In this document: positions 1 to 9,967 of the stretch, one piece after another
Position numbering within the stretch: the stretch's first letter is position 1
Layout of the letters: the number at the start of each line of letters is the position of its first letter
From: a virus
Lineage: Duplodnaviria; Caudoviricetes
DNA length: 45,900 bases
IMG/VR virus record: IMGVR_UViG_3300037423_001962
Coordinates: 1-45,900 of that record
Strand: one strand, 5' to 3'
Program-made: the position numbers and the translations under genes
The notes under the pieces: model-generated
Told to the model about the DNA's origin: nothing
Database searches by the model: none
The model's input: the letters and a program-made list of their open reading frames with translations, nothing else

Positions 1-5
1 GTAAA

Positions 6-260
6 TTGATGTTTGACGTAGAGGATGAAACAGAATTGAACTACTACCTACAAGGTAGCCAGTTACAGCTCGACCTTTTATTCACGCAAGACGCAAACAC
101 CTCTCTTGATTTTAACTTCGGTCTTGTTGATGTAACGAAAGCAGACGTGGATCGTTCGCAAGAATTTATTCGTGTGAACCTTGATTTCAAAGCGTTATTT
201 AATGCAACGAACGCTGGTAATATCGCTGTAACGCTTAAAAACAGCGTAGCAACTTATTAA
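6..260 (+). CDS. Major tail (tube) protein, C-terminal part (truncated by window edge)
   Basis: Position upstream of chaperone and tape measure; beta-rich C-terminus ending IAVTLKNSVATY typical of tail tube proteins. Confidence 0.65.
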   Translation: MMFDVEDETELNYYLQGSQLQLDLLFTQDANTSLDFNFGLVDVTKADVDRSQEFIRVNLDFKALFNATNAGNIAVTLKNSVATY

Positions 261-292
261 TCTGTAAGTAAAATTTGGAGGTATATAAAAAT

Positions 293-604
293 ATGCGTAT
301 TGAATTTCCGGAACTAGGCGATGGCTACTTTGTTGAGATTAAAGATCCGAATAAACTGAAGTGGAAAGAACAGAAGAGCTTGACCCAATCGTTCAAAGAA
401 GAATCTTTGGAAGCAAGTATGGAAGTTGCTGAGAAGATTTCCATTATTTTAATCAAGTCTGGTCATGTCTGTGATGAAGACAACAAGCCTTTTACGTTCC
501 CTGTAACTGCTGAATCGGTCGGTGAGCTTCCTTCCCAAGTCATTGAAGAAGTTGCGAAGAAATTTGCCGAGCTTAAGAAAGTGGTAAGCACCGAAAAAAA
601 CTAA
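293..604 (+). CDS. Tail assembly chaperone (gpG-like)
   Basis: GGAGG at 277-281, ATG at 293; between tail tube and tape measure; ends GAA AAA AAC TAA. Confidence 0.8.
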   Translation: MRIEFPELGDGYFVEIKDPNKLKWKEQKSLTQSFKEESLEASMEVAEKISIILIKSGHVCDEDNKPFTFPVTAESVGELPSQVIEEVAKKFAELKKVVSTEKN

Positions 605-792
605 TTGACCAGGTAGACAAAGCTTTGAGAGGGTATGGAAAAGCTCCCCTCTCTTACGCTGAGTTTACCATTTGTCGAGAGTTTGGTTGGACGTTTACAG
701 AGCTTGAAGAACAACCTGCTGAACGGATCGAACAAGCGTTTTTATTTATAGAACGTGAAAATCTGTACAGAAAGCAACAGGAAGACATGTAA
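293..792 (+). CDS. Tail assembly chaperone -1 frameshift product (gpGT-like)
   Basis: Slippery A AAA AAC at 595-601; -1 frame open 601-792 encoding LIDQVDKAL...CREFGWTFTELEEQP...QEDM*. Confidence 0.8.
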
Positions 793-806
793 AAGGTGGT
801 GAGCGA

Positions 807-3800
807 ATGGCAGATACAAATAAGGAGGCACGTTTAAATCTCGTCATTACGGCTCGTGACGAAGCGAAACAAGTCTTGCAGGAAATGGTTGCGTCTGTTG
901 AATCTTCTTTGAGTGGTATTCGGAAAGTGATGCTTAATGCGTTTCCGGCAGGAGACGTAGTTAAAAAAATGAGCAGTATCGCTACAACAGCCAGTGAAAG
1001 CACGAAAGGCGTTGCTGAAAGTGTAGCGAGTATGGAATCAACACTCAAAGAGGCGTTCACCGCCACCAGTTCGATGATGAATGAGTTTGCGAGTGCGTTT
1101 AGGTCCTCTACGAACAGTGTTCGCGGTTCAACTCGCGAAATGGCCGTAGGCGTTAGCCAAGATTTTAAAGACATTCAAAAATCCGCCCATCAAAATTCTG
1201 CAGATACGTACATGGCGTATCAATCTCTAGGCGACGGAATGAAACATTTCGGTCACGTTGTTGGAGAAGGATTTAAATACGCGATCGAACAAGCAGCCGA
1301 GTTTGACGGAAATATCCAACGTGTAAGTGCGGTTTTAACCCCAGTTGGGAAAGTAACCAGCGATCAGTTGAAACAAATGGGGGATTCGGCACTTCAGATG
1401 GGGATGCAGTCAAAATTTGGAGCAAATGAAATTTTAGGTGCGATGTACAACTTAGCACGACAAGGTTTATCCGCTACGCAAATTTTAGGTGATGGCGTTA
1501 ACGGTGCAATTCAAGTAACGAACGCATTAGCAATGGCAACGGACTCTGATCTAACTGAAACAGCTACGGTCGTTACCGACGTAATGCATGAGTTTGGCGT
1601 TGGTGGAGAGCAGCTTAAAGTGGTTGCGGACATGATCTCTGGTGCAATGCACAACTCCAGTATTTCGATGAACGACTTTCTCGTGAGTATGCGACAAGTC
1701 GGTCCAGTTGCTTCCAATATGCACCAAAACGTAGAAGACGTTTCCGCTGCGTTAGCCTTACTAGCTCAACATGGTATCAAGGGTTCGCAAGCTGGTACCG
1801 CGTTGAAAAATATGCTTTTAGGATTAGAACCGCGTACGAAAAAAGCAACAGAATTAATGCAAGAACTCGGAATATCCGGAGTAAACGGTGCGAAGGATTC
1901 GTTCTACGCATTAGACGGAACATTAAAACCGCTTCCTGACATCTTGGGTGTTTTGAACGATAAGTTTGGCGGTCTTAATGATAGACAAAAACAAGCCGCT
2001 TTGGCTACAACTTTTACCAAATACGGTCTTGCTGGTTTGGATACGGTGGTTACGCAAACGAAAGATAGTTTCCAAGAGTTTGAGGCAGAACTTAAAAAGG
2101 ACGACATCTACACGATCTCCAAGATTAAAATGGACTCCTTACAAGGTGACATCTGGAAACTACACGCCGCAACTCAAACACTTGCCAAGGCATTTGGGGA
2201 AACACTAAGACCGGTTATGCGTGAGTTAGTCACTGTTGTAGGGCAAGTTGCTCATTGGTTCTTTAACTTAAACGAACACACTAGGCATAACATTACGATG
2301 TTTGCGGGGATTGCTTCTGCTGTTCTTGTTACCATGGGAACATTTATCACATTTGGTCTTGGTCTTGAAATGATTATTGGTAAAATCGGATCATTGGCTA
2401 CGTTCTTGAAATATCTCCTTTCCCCTATCCGAGCTCTATCCCTCGTCTTTTCTCCTGTTGGTCTTGCGATTGGTGCGATTGTCATTGCTGTGTATGAGTT
2501 TGCCAAAGCATGGGAAAGCAACACCGGAAATATTCGTGAGAAAACAAAAGCCTTCGCTGATACAGTAAGCAAAAAATTTCATGAATTGGTCGATGACATC
2601 AAGCCTTACTGGGAACGTTTTACTAAAGCAGTAGGTCAAGCGATGGACGACGCGAAACCAGTAGTTTTGGCTGTACTGGGTGCGATCAAAGATGCTCTTA
2701 ATTCAACTGCATTTCAAAAGTTAGAAGAAGGAGCCAAAGCGATTGCTAAGCTGGGTGCGAATGCTGCGATTGCCCATCCAGACGTAACCCTTTTAGGGAT
2801 TGCTCTCATGGCGTTGGTTGGTCCAAAGACGCTAGTGTTGGGTTCAATCAGTGCCATCACTACTGCAGTTGGTGCGATGCCTGCGATCTTCGAAGGAACG
2901 CTTGGAGCGATTGGATTATTCGGAAGAGGTGCGATGGCTACAGCGAATGGTGCGTCCGCTGTAATGAAGGGAACGTTCAATGGGATTGCTACCGCGATCG
3001 AGGCTCCTGCGAAGGGATTTGCTAAACTTGAATCGAGCATGGCAACGATGAAAGCAACGGGTGGATTAACAGCTAACGTATTCGGACCCATGAAGAATAC
3101 GTTTAGAACGATTGGTATCGAGGCTTCATTGATGGGTACGAAAGTGATGAACGGAATCAATATGTTCAGCTTAACGAACATCAAGGCATGGGCTACTAGT
3201 TTCGGTTCTAACATGATCAAAGCATTTTCTTTCTCGAACATCATTCGGGTTGCACAAGGTGCGTTTACCGGGTTTATTCGCGTCCTTACGATTGGTTTTC
3301 GTGCGTTGCTTGGACCGTGGGGCTTAATCATCACAGCCGTCATTTTTGGAGTCGGTGCATTAATTTCGCATTGGGATCAAGTCAAGAAATGGGTAACGGA
3401 TCACTTCGGCAAGAACTTCCCTGCTACGCTTTCGGCTTTCAAGGATAAGTTTGTGGCGGTTTTTCAAAAAATAGGTCAGTTCTTTTCTGAAGTCTGGTCA
3501 TTTATCAAGCAAACCGTGACAGATGTTTTCAACTATGTAGCCCCATTTGTCGAGGGTGCTCTAAAGAAAATAGGAACTTTTTGGTCGGAAAACTGGGGAA
3601 AAATTAAACAACTGTTTAAAGAGGTCATGATTGCCTTAGGAGTGATCCTAGGTCCCGCTTTAGCGGTTTTATATACCCTTATTTCTGGTGCCCTTGGATT
3701 TATCAAGGGAATTTGGCACGATGCCTGGTCGGTTATAAAATCCGTTGTGAAGACGGTTTTCGACGCGATAGCTGGGGTAATACGGATTGCGTGGGACCTT

Positions 3801-4391
3801 ATTTCTGGTATCATCAGCGTTGCCCTAGATATTTTGACTGGGCATTGGGGAGATGCCTGGCACAAATTGCTCGAAATAGGTAAAAATTTGTGGAACGATA
3901 TCACAAGTTTCTTCGGAAATTTGGGATCCGACATGTGGAATTTCGGTAAAAACTTGATTCACATGTTTGTCGATGGGATCAAGTCGATGGTTCACGCTGT
4001 TGGTGATGCTGTAAGTGGTATCGCTAATAAGATCAAAGGATTTCTTGGATTCCATTCACCTGCTCGTGAGGGTCCAGCTGGACGCGGAGAAAGTGATCGT
4101 TGGATGCCCAATTTAATGGATATGCTCGTAACTGGCATTAACGATAACCAAGGTAAGGTACAAAAGGCTGTTGCGAACGTTGCACTCGGTATAAAAACCG
4201 GAATCAATGCATCGTATCAACACGTCAACAATCTCAATAACCAACCGATGGTTCACGTTGCTCCATCCAGTGGAAAATCACCGATAAACGTTCACATTAA
4301 CGTTGATGGACGTTCCGCGAAGACAGATAAAGCGATCGCTGAAGAGATTGCGAAGCAGTTCAGAACGCAAATGAATGTAGTAAGTGGATAA
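807..4391 (+). CDS. Tail tape measure protein (TP901-family core)
   Basis: 1194 aa, Ala/Gly-rich, GIKGSQAGTALKNML core motif, Trp-periodic repeats in the C-terminal half. Confidence 0.95.
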   Translation: MADTNKEARLNLVITARDEAKQVLQEMVASVESSLSGIRKVMLNAFPAGDVVKKMSSIATTASESTKGVAESVASMESTLKEAFTATSSMMNEFASAFRSSTNSVRGSTREMAVGVSQDFKDIQKSAHQNSADTYMAYQSLGDGMKHFGHVVGEGFKYAIEQAAEFDGNIQRVSAVLTPVGKVTSDQLKQMGDSALQMGMQSKFGANEILGAMYNLARQGLSATQILGDGVNGAIQVTNALAMATDSDLTETATVVTDVMHEFGVGGEQLKVVADMISGAMHNSSISMNDFLVSMRQVGPVASNMHQNVEDVSAALALLAQHGIKGSQAGTALKNMLLGLEPRTKKATELMQELGISGVNGAKDSFYALDGTLKPLPDILGVLNDKFGGLNDRQKQAALATTFTKYGLAGLDTVVTQTKDSFQEFEAELKKDDIYTISKIKMDSLQGDIWKLHAATQTLAKAFGETLRPVMRELVTVVGQVAHWFFNLNEHTRHNITMFAGIASAVLVTMGTFITFGLGLEMIIGKIGSLATFLKYLLSPIRALSLVFSPVGLAIGAIVIAVYEFAKAWESNTGNIREKTKAFADTVSKKFHELVDDIKPYWERFTKAVGQAMDDAKPVVLAVLGAIKDALNSTAFQKLEEGAKAIAKLGANAAIAHPDVTLLGIALMALVGPKTLVLGSISAITTAVGAMPAIFEGTLGAIGLFGRGAMATANGASAVMKGTFNGIATAIEAPAKGFAKLESSMATMKATGGLTANVFGPMKNTFRTIGIEASLMGTKVMNGINMFSLTNIKAWATSFGSNMIKAFSFSNIIRVAQGAFTGFIRVLTIGFRALLGPWGLIITAVIFGVGALISHWDQVKKWVTDHFGKNFPATLSAFKDKFVAVFQKIGQFFSEVWSFIKQTVTDVFNYVAPFVEGALKKIGTFWSENWGKIKQLFKEVMIALGVILGPALAVLYTLISGALGFIKGIWHDAWSVIKSVVKTVFDAIAGVIRIAWDLISGIISVALDILTGHWGDAWHKLLEIGKNLWNDITSFFGNLGSDMWNFGKNLIHMFVDGIKSMVHAVGDAVSGIANKIKGFLGFHSPAREGPAGRGESDRWMPNLMDMLVTGINDNQGKVQKAVANVALGIKTGINASYQHVNNLNNQPMVHVAPSSGKSPINVHINVDGRSAKTDKAIAEEIAKQFRTQMNVVSG

Positions 4392-4392
4392 G

Positions 4393-4420
4393 GAGACGTG
4401 AAAACGTCTCTTTTCCTTTT
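4393..4420 (+). terminator. Possible intrinsic terminator/attenuator after tape measure gene
   Basis: GAGACG-tgaaaa-CGTCTC followed by TTTTCCTTTT. Confidence 0.55.
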
Positions 4421-4433
4421 AAGGAGGCAAGAT

Positions 4434-5864
4434 ATGGCTAGTTCGGTTCAAATCCTGATCGGCGGTGTTGATTATACAAGTTATGTAGACTACGAATCGG
4501 TAAAAGTAGACAATAATATCGTTCAAAGTGCAGATACGATGTCTTTTGTCGTGCATATCAATCCAAACGATTCTCTTACAATGCCAAAATGCGGAAATGA
4601 AGTGGTTTGGCAAAATCCAAACGTGTTAGTTGCTCCTTGGAGTGGAGCTACACAAGTTCCGTACAGAGAATTCGGCGGCGTGATCGTAGAAGTTACCGAG
4701 ACTACCGAAGATGGAATTACCTTAGACTACGAAATAAGTTGTAAGTCGTATGAACATTGGTTCAATCGTCGACTCGTTGCAGCTTGGTATAATCAAGATT
4801 CTCCAGAAAACATTCTTAATTCGATTGTAACGAAATTCTGCCCCACATTTACCACGCACAACGTACAAACTACTGGATTAAAAATTGTTCCAGAATACTT
4901 CGACTATGTTTCTCCTAGTGACGCAATCAAACAAATTGCGGATCAGTGTGAACTGGGTTGGTACATTGATTCATACAAAGATGTCCACCTGTATTCACTC
5001 GAGACGTTTCAAACTCCACTTCCTAATAACACGTTAGATGTTGATCATGATACGCAGCATTACGGTGATTTAACACTTAAAGAAAATTCAGAGCAACAAT
5101 ACAATCGAATCTTTCTTAAAGGGTTTAAAACGCGTGCTACGACGCCTATTTATTTAACGTACACAGCGGACAGCCAAACGTTGCAATGGAACACCGGGTA
5201 CAGACCTTCCAGTCTTAAAGGGGATGTTGCTGTTCAAGTTTATTCGTCCATGCAGGATTATCTGAATGATTATGGATTTCGACATGGTGGATCTCCTCAG
5301 TACGGTACAACGATGACAGTGAAACGTGATATCGTGGACGGGGCTCCTCATCAACAAGGGGCAAATAACACAGCGTATATTAACTATGGACAAATGCTAG
5401 TTCGTATTCCGAACTTCAATAATGGCGGGGCGGTTCCGAATGGGTATGTTGTAGCGTGCCGTTTCTTCTATCTAAAAGATACGGTCGCCTTAGCACAAGA
5501 TCATCAAGCACAAGCACAAACCCAAGCGATTGAGAAAACGGATGATGGTTCATATGAATACAGCGTCCACGATAAAAGCTTAACAAACTCTACGCTTGGA
5601 GCGGTCCAGGCAAAGGGACAGTTGCTGCTTCAAAAATATCGTTTTCCTCAGATTAGTGGTACGTTTATTAGTTATTTTAACTCTACCAATTCTATTGGAT
5701 TTCGTGCTGGACAATATTTTACACTGCTTACAACGAAACGTTTCGGGGGAATTAACGAGATTATGTTTGTTCAGCGAGTAAACAAGTCGATTGTAAAGAA
5801 CGACTCCGGGGGATTAATCACGTTATGCGAAGTTGAGTTTGCGGATAGCCAATATCTTGTATAA
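4434..5864 (+). CDS. Tail tip / baseplate hub protein
   Basis: AAGGAGG then ATG 4434; follows tape measure; hub-like segments (AIKQIAD..GWYIDSYKDVH, GFRAGQYFTL). Confidence 0.7.
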   Translation: MASSVQILIGGVDYTSYVDYESVKVDNNIVQSADTMSFVVHINPNDSLTMPKCGNEVVWQNPNVLVAPWSGATQVPYREFGGVIVEVTETTEDGITLDYEISCKSYEHWFNRRLVAAWYNQDSPENILNSIVTKFCPTFTTHNVQTTGLKIVPEYFDYVSPSDAIKQIADQCELGWYIDSYKDVHLYSLETFQTPLPNNTLDVDHDTQHYGDLTLKENSEQQYNRIFLKGFKTRATTPIYLTYTADSQTLQWNTGYRPSSLKGDVAVQVYSSMQDYLNDYGFRHGGSPQYGTTMTVKRDIVDGAPHQQGANNTAYINYGQMLVRIPNFNNGGAVPNGYVVACRFFYLKDTVALAQDHQAQAQTQAIEKTDDGSYEYSVHDKSLTNSTLGAVQAKGQLLLQKYRFPQISGTFISYFNSTNSIGFRAGQYFTLLTTKRFGGINEIMFVQRVNKSIVKNDSGGLITLCEVEFADSQYLV

Positions 5865-5884
5865 CCAGATAAGGAGGCTATGTT

Positions 5885-6154
5885 GTGAAGTTAGATACAT
5901 TTGTTCAATTAATTAAAGACCTTCGCAGGAACCAAGAATTGGACGATACAGATCCAAACAACACGATCCTGCAAGTGTTTTCTACGCCTTATGATCAAGT
6001 AAGCGTAAGTGAATCGATTAAATTCACGAATAAGAGTCCTGGTAGTTTCGTTTGGGGAAACGGTTCTACATATACATCTTATGATAGCAACAACAACCCG
6101 TATCAAGCACCGAGTTGTGGCTGGTATTGGGGTTCTGGAGGTAGGTATCAATGA
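5885..6154 (+). CDS. Small tail/baseplate protein
   Basis: RBS AAGGAGG; ATGA overlap with next gene; tail module context. Confidence 0.6.
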   Translation: MKLDTFVQLIKDLRRNQELDDTDPNNTILQVFSTPYDQVSVSESIKFTNKSPGSFVWGNGSTYTSYDSNNNPYQAPSCGWYWGSGGRYQ

Positions 6155-6651
6155 GTGATTCTATGATGGCGATCGGATATGTCGTTGTTGAAAAACGAGA
6201 CAAACAAACAGGCGAAGTGACGTATCATGAAACATTTAAAAATCAGATCACAAACTATGCACTAACGCAAGTCGCGGCAATGTGGGCAGGGCAAAAAGTG
6301 AATACTCCAACGATGATCTCTTTAGGGACAGGATCTCCTCCTAACGGGCAGATTGGTACAACTCCTAATGATACAGGTCTTTGGAATGAATTTTCCGGCT
6401 CACGCCAACAAGTGGACTATGCGACGGTTTGGCTGAGCTATTACACGCAATTTTCTGCGACATATCAAGCAAACCAAATTTTAGGAACGTATGACGCCAC
6501 GAATAATCCTACTTCTCAAATCTCCTTAACTGAGGCGGGTCTTTGGGATGGGTACGGTAATTTGTGGTCTCATGTTCAATTAAGTGGTGTAACACATGAT
6601 TCGAATTCTATTCTATCTATTCAGTGGCAAGTGTTACAACAAGGAAATTAA
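6151..6651 (+). CDS. Tail fibre-anchoring / baseplate protein
   Basis: Motifs NQITN, ISLGTG, LTEAGLWD, LSIQW typical of fibre-collar-like proteins. Confidence 0.65.
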   Translation: MSDSMMAIGYVVVEKRDKQTGEVTYHETFKNQITNYALTQVAAMWAGQKVNTPTMISLGTGSPPNGQIGTTPNDTGLWNEFSGSRQQVDYATVWLSYYTQFSATYQANQILGTYDATNNPTSQISLTEAGLWDGYGNLWSHVQLSGVTHDSNSILSIQWQVLQQGN

Positions 6652-6666
6652 TAAGGAGGTTTTATT

Positions 6667-7857
6667 GTGCTTTATACCGTGAACTCGGGTTCTGTGCCGA
6701 TGGCTTCAGATGTGAATCAACTTGTGGACATCTTCGGAGGCAAACACGATATTGGTGCCATCAACTTAATGCCTCAAATTTCCGCTCCTTCTAATACCTT
6801 GACTGCAACAACTTCGTCTGGTGGAGGAATGGGAACAGGTGTTTATCAATATTCGGTTACGTATTGTACGGGCTACAAACAGTCCAATGGCGTTTTACAA
6901 ATTACTGGGGAAACGACTGGTTCACCCAGCTTCTCCGTTACAACTCCATCTGGCAACGGTACAGTTGGGTTAAATGCAATTCCCGTTTATGGTGGTAATG
7001 CCGTTGTTGCTCGTAGAATTTATCGTACAGCTGTTGGCGGGTCTACTCTTTACTTGGTAGCAACGATTTCAGATAACGTAACGCAAACGTACACGGACTC
7101 TGCATCGGATGCCTCGATCACTTCTGGTGCAGGTATTCCATCCGCGAATCAAACAGGTACGTATTTTATGCAAGATATGATCATTCGAAAAAGCGTTCCG
7201 CAGGTCCAACTGGACGCATCGCGTGGAACGTTTACGGGTCTTAGTTACAACGCGTCGTCTACATCCGATTTCGGTTTAAACATCAAAGTGGCGAACAATA
7301 ACGTTCTGAAATTAAGTTCTACGGGAGCCACGACTACGTTCGGCGGGTCAACACTTGATGATTCCTTGGGAAATGCAACAATAAAAGGAACGTTGAAATC
7401 GGACAATACGTACTTAGTTTGGAACGACAACTACGTGAAGCGTACCTTTGTCCTTCAACATCTCTCAACGGCTCAGGTTGTAAGTACGTTAAACGCATGG
7501 GTAAAAGTCGGATTCCAAACGATTGACCGAGACTTACTTAGTGAATGCCCGGCTGGTTATTCTCAGTTTAAAGCGAAAAATGCGGGTACTTATTCGATCA
7601 GTTCCAGCTTGTTTGTTTCAACTCCAGCAGTAAACACGCTTGTTTATATTGGATTCTTTAAGAACGGTTCTTTGATTTGTCGTTCAAACGGTGTGGTAAG
7701 TTCCAGCACTCAAACATATAACTTGCCTGTTTTTGGTCATTGCGAATTAGAGTTAGCTGTTAACGACATTATCGAAGTGTATGTTTATACCTCCGCTTCT
7801 GTAACTTTAGCAGCCGATAACTTGGGATCTATTTTTACCGTTGGACGATTAACGTAA
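6667..7857 (+). CDS. Tail fibre / receptor-binding protein with C-terminal C1q-like domain
   Basis: Thr/Ser/Gly-rich; RRIYRT...YLVATI...TYTD module; C-terminal AGTYSISSS...LELAVNDIIEVYVY. Confidence 0.75.
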   Translation: MLYTVNSGSVPMASDVNQLVDIFGGKHDIGAINLMPQISAPSNTLTATTSSGGGMGTGVYQYSVTYCTGYKQSNGVLQITGETTGSPSFSVTTPSGNGTVGLNAIPVYGGNAVVARRIYRTAVGGSTLYLVATISDNVTQTYTDSASDASITSGAGIPSANQTGTYFMQDMIIRKSVPQVQLDASRGTFTGLSYNASSTSDFGLNIKVANNNVLKLSSTGATTTFGGSTLDDSLGNATIKGTLKSDNTYLVWNDNYVKRTFVLQHLSTAQVVSTLNAWVKVGFQTIDRDLLSECPAGYSQFKAKNAGTYSISSSLFVSTPAVNTLVYIGFFKNGSLICRSNGVVSSSTQTYNLPVFGHCELELAVNDIIEVYVYTSASVTLAADNLGSIFTVGRLT

Positions 7858-7870
7858 GGAGGACGTAGAA

Positions 7871-8398
7871 GTGAATATTGAAAAAGTAGTTTTATCAAAA
7901 TATCCAAACGCAATTCCAAACGTTGACTTCCTTGTTGTTGACCGATTAGACGGAAATGGTGCCCAAATCGTGAATTGGATATTGAAAGATAGTACAGGGG
8001 CAGACGTACCTCAACCTTCTGTGAGTGAACTTTCCAGTTTGTGGCTTCCGATTTTTCAGCAAGAGAAAATTGACGAGCTTAACAATAAATGTAATGAAAC
8101 AATTCTATCTGGGTTTTCTAGCAACTGCCTGGGAACGGATCATACCTATCAATTTGATTATGACGCACAGGCGAATCTTACGGGACAACTTGCGTTAATG
8201 AATGCGGATTCGACGATTTCTTCCGTGCTCTGGAAAACAACTGACGCCGGGGTTTTGTCACACAGTAAGGAACAATTTTTGCAGCTTGTTCATGACGCTT
8301 TTAATTTCAAAAACTCTCAAATCGGAAAGTATTGGAATCTAAAGTCTCAGGTTCTGTCTGCGACGACAGAAGATGTTGTTAAATCGATTGTTTGGTAA
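7871..8398 (+). CDS. Tail fibre assembly-associated protein (XkdW-like N-terminus, DUF4376-like C-terminus)
   Basis: YPNAIPNVDFLVVD start; YQFDYDAQANL...WKT...VKSIVW end; directly after fibre. Confidence 0.65.
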   Translation: MNIEKVVLSKYPNAIPNVDFLVVDRLDGNGAQIVNWILKDSTGADVPQPSVSELSSLWLPIFQQEKIDELNNKCNETILSGFSSNCLGTDHTYQFDYDAQANLTGQLALMNADSTISSVLWKTTDAGVLSHSKEQFLQLVHDAFNFKNSQIGKYWNLKSQVLSATTEDVVKSIVW

Positions 8399-8401
8399 TG
8401 T

Positions 8402-8427
8402 GGGCGTGCTGTATACACGTCCTTTTT
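8402..8427 (+). terminator. Intrinsic terminator between tail and lysis modules
   Basis: GGGCGTG-ctgtata-CACGTCC followed by TTTTT. Confidence 0.55.
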
Positions 8428-8448
8428 AATTCTAAAAGGCAGGTGGGA

Positions 8449-8769
8449 ATGGTGGAAGATAAAGAAAGACTTGCAAAAATTGAAACGTCTATTGAATCCA
8501 TCGAAAAACTATTAAACAAATTAGAAGGAAAAATTGACGCATTCAACGACAGCATGGAAAAGAAATTCGTTTTACGATCAGAAGTGGATGCAACCGTTAA
8601 ACACTTACATGAACGCATTTCTGACGCCGAAAAAGAGCTAGAGAATGTAAAAAAAGAGCTTCATATGGTAAATGAAAAGAACGGCAAATTACCGGCTTGG
8701 GCTGCTGCTCTTTTATCGTTTTTAGTTACATTGGTCGGTGCCTTGTTGGCTGGCCATGTGATGCACTAG
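8449..8769 (+). CDS. Coiled-coil protein with C-terminal TM helix (XhlA/holin-like)
   Basis: ERLAKIETSIESI coiled coil, hydrophobic C-terminus, first gene of lysis cassette. Confidence 0.6.
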   Translation: MVEDKERLAKIETSIESIEKLLNKLEGKIDAFNDSMEKKFVLRSEVDATVKHLHERISDAEKELENVKKELHMVNEKNGKLPAWAAALLSFLVTLVGALLAGHVMH

Positions 8770-8781
8770 GAGGAATTTGAC

Positions 8782-9258
8782 TTGCAGTTTCAACGAGGAG
8801 ATATATTGCTGAAGCATGGATTTGGTCCACTCTCTTTGGCTATCGAAACTGTAAGTCACTCTCTTTTCTCTCATGTCGCCATTATTGTAGATCCTGAAAA
8901 AGAACTTCTTATTGAAGCAGATGGATTTCGCGATGTTGGATTTAAGGATATGAAAGATTACATAGGAGAGTGTCTTATTGTTCGTGTCGCCGACCTTTCT
9001 AATTTTCAGTGCGAACAACTTATTGATTTCCTTCATACACAAATTGGAAAACCTTATGATTACGTTGCGATTTTAGAAGAGTTTGAACGCTATTTTCTTG
9101 GATTTGTTCCCACCGAACACGATGAGCGAAAATATATTTGCTCAACCCTTGTTTCTCGTGCTTTTCATCACATTGGAATTACGCTTACGGACGTTCCGTT
9201 GCCGAGTCCGAATGATATAGCTCAGTCAAAACGCATTACACCTATTGGATTTTATTGA
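8782..9258 (+). CDS. Permuted papain-like NlpC/P60 amidase (YiiX/YaeF-like)
   Basis: GDILL, FSHVAI (His), GKPYDY, YICSTLV (Cys), PNDI in permuted order. Confidence 0.8.
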   Translation: MQFQRGDILLKHGFGPLSLAIETVSHSLFSHVAIIVDPEKELLIEADGFRDVGFKDMKDYIGECLIVRVADLSNFQCEQLIDFLHTQIGKPYDYVAILEEFERYFLGFVPTEHDERKYICSTLVSRAFHHIGITLTDVPLPSPNDIAQSKRITPIGFY

Positions 9259-9274
9259 TTGGAGGGTTCTTTTT

Positions 9275-9772
9275 ATGGAAAATGAGAAAAAGATAACAAA
9301 AGCACACGATCAGTTCGAAACGCTTCATGAAGTGATTCATTACGAAGACCATGATAAGAGAACGGAAAGTGCCGAATTTAGACGCGTCAAAAAAGAATTG
9401 CATGCAAACCATACGCCTTGTTGGATCAATAACGGACGTTGCGAAGGTGATTTGGAGGTACACCACAACATCATCGAATATTCCGCTTCTACGGAAGTCG
9501 ATTGGGACAAAATTCATGCGGATTATCCTGAATTTGTTGATGTTGATTGCGGATTTCAAATGCGGGTTTTGTGCGAAAAACATCATCGGGGAATTGGAAC
9601 GGGGATTCACAAAATTAGCTATCCAGCGTGGATTTTGCAAAAGTATTTAAAGCCAGAAGCTTTGGAAAAGTTTGAAAAGGCTGTAGATCAAATGATTTCA
9701 CAAGGTCACGACGAACAGAATGTGAATCAAATGGCCAAACATGTTCTGTTAAATACGAAAGATTTAAAATAG
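9275..9772 (+). CDS. HNH-like His/Cys-rich protein
   Basis: CWI...C...LEVHH and LCEKHHRG..GIH motifs; GGAGG before ATG 9275. Confidence 0.55.
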   Translation: MENEKKITKAHDQFETLHEVIHYEDHDKRTESAEFRRVKKELHANHTPCWINNGRCEGDLEVHHNIIEYSASTEVDWDKIHADYPEFVDVDCGFQMRVLCEKHHRGIGTGIHKISYPAWILQKYLKPEALEKFEKAVDQMISQGHDEQNVNQMAKHVLLNTKDLK

Positions 9773-9781
9773 GCGGTTCCT

Positions 9782-9967
9782 ATGAAGATGATTATTTTTC
9801 TTGTAGGTGCTGCCTTTTTATTTGTCCTTTGTTATCTGTTTGGAATTGATAGAGTTGGAAGTTACATTCAAATTTTAAGTGCCGTTCCTTGGTTTTGGAC
9901 GGTGTTTCGACTTGAACAACTTCATAAACAGCATAAAAAAGAAAGGGAGGATAAGCATGTACAATAA
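9782..9967 (+). CDS. Small two-TM membrane protein (holin/antiholin candidate)
   Basis: Two hydrophobic segments, charged C-terminus, overlaps endolysin start. Confidence 0.5.
   Translation: MKMIIFLVGAAFLFVLCYLFGIDRVGSYIQILSAVPWFWTVFRLEQLHKQHKKEREDKHVQ

Noticed and set aside
746-4207. Long antisense ORFs inside the tape measure gene (also within nrdA, polA, dnaB)
   Set aside because: Shadow frames of well-supported genes, without RBS or recognisable motifs
6667-7857. Diversity-generating retroelement or invertible tail-fibre cassette
   Set aside because: No reverse transcriptase, template repeat or inverted fibre segments seen; the resolvase is 9 kb away
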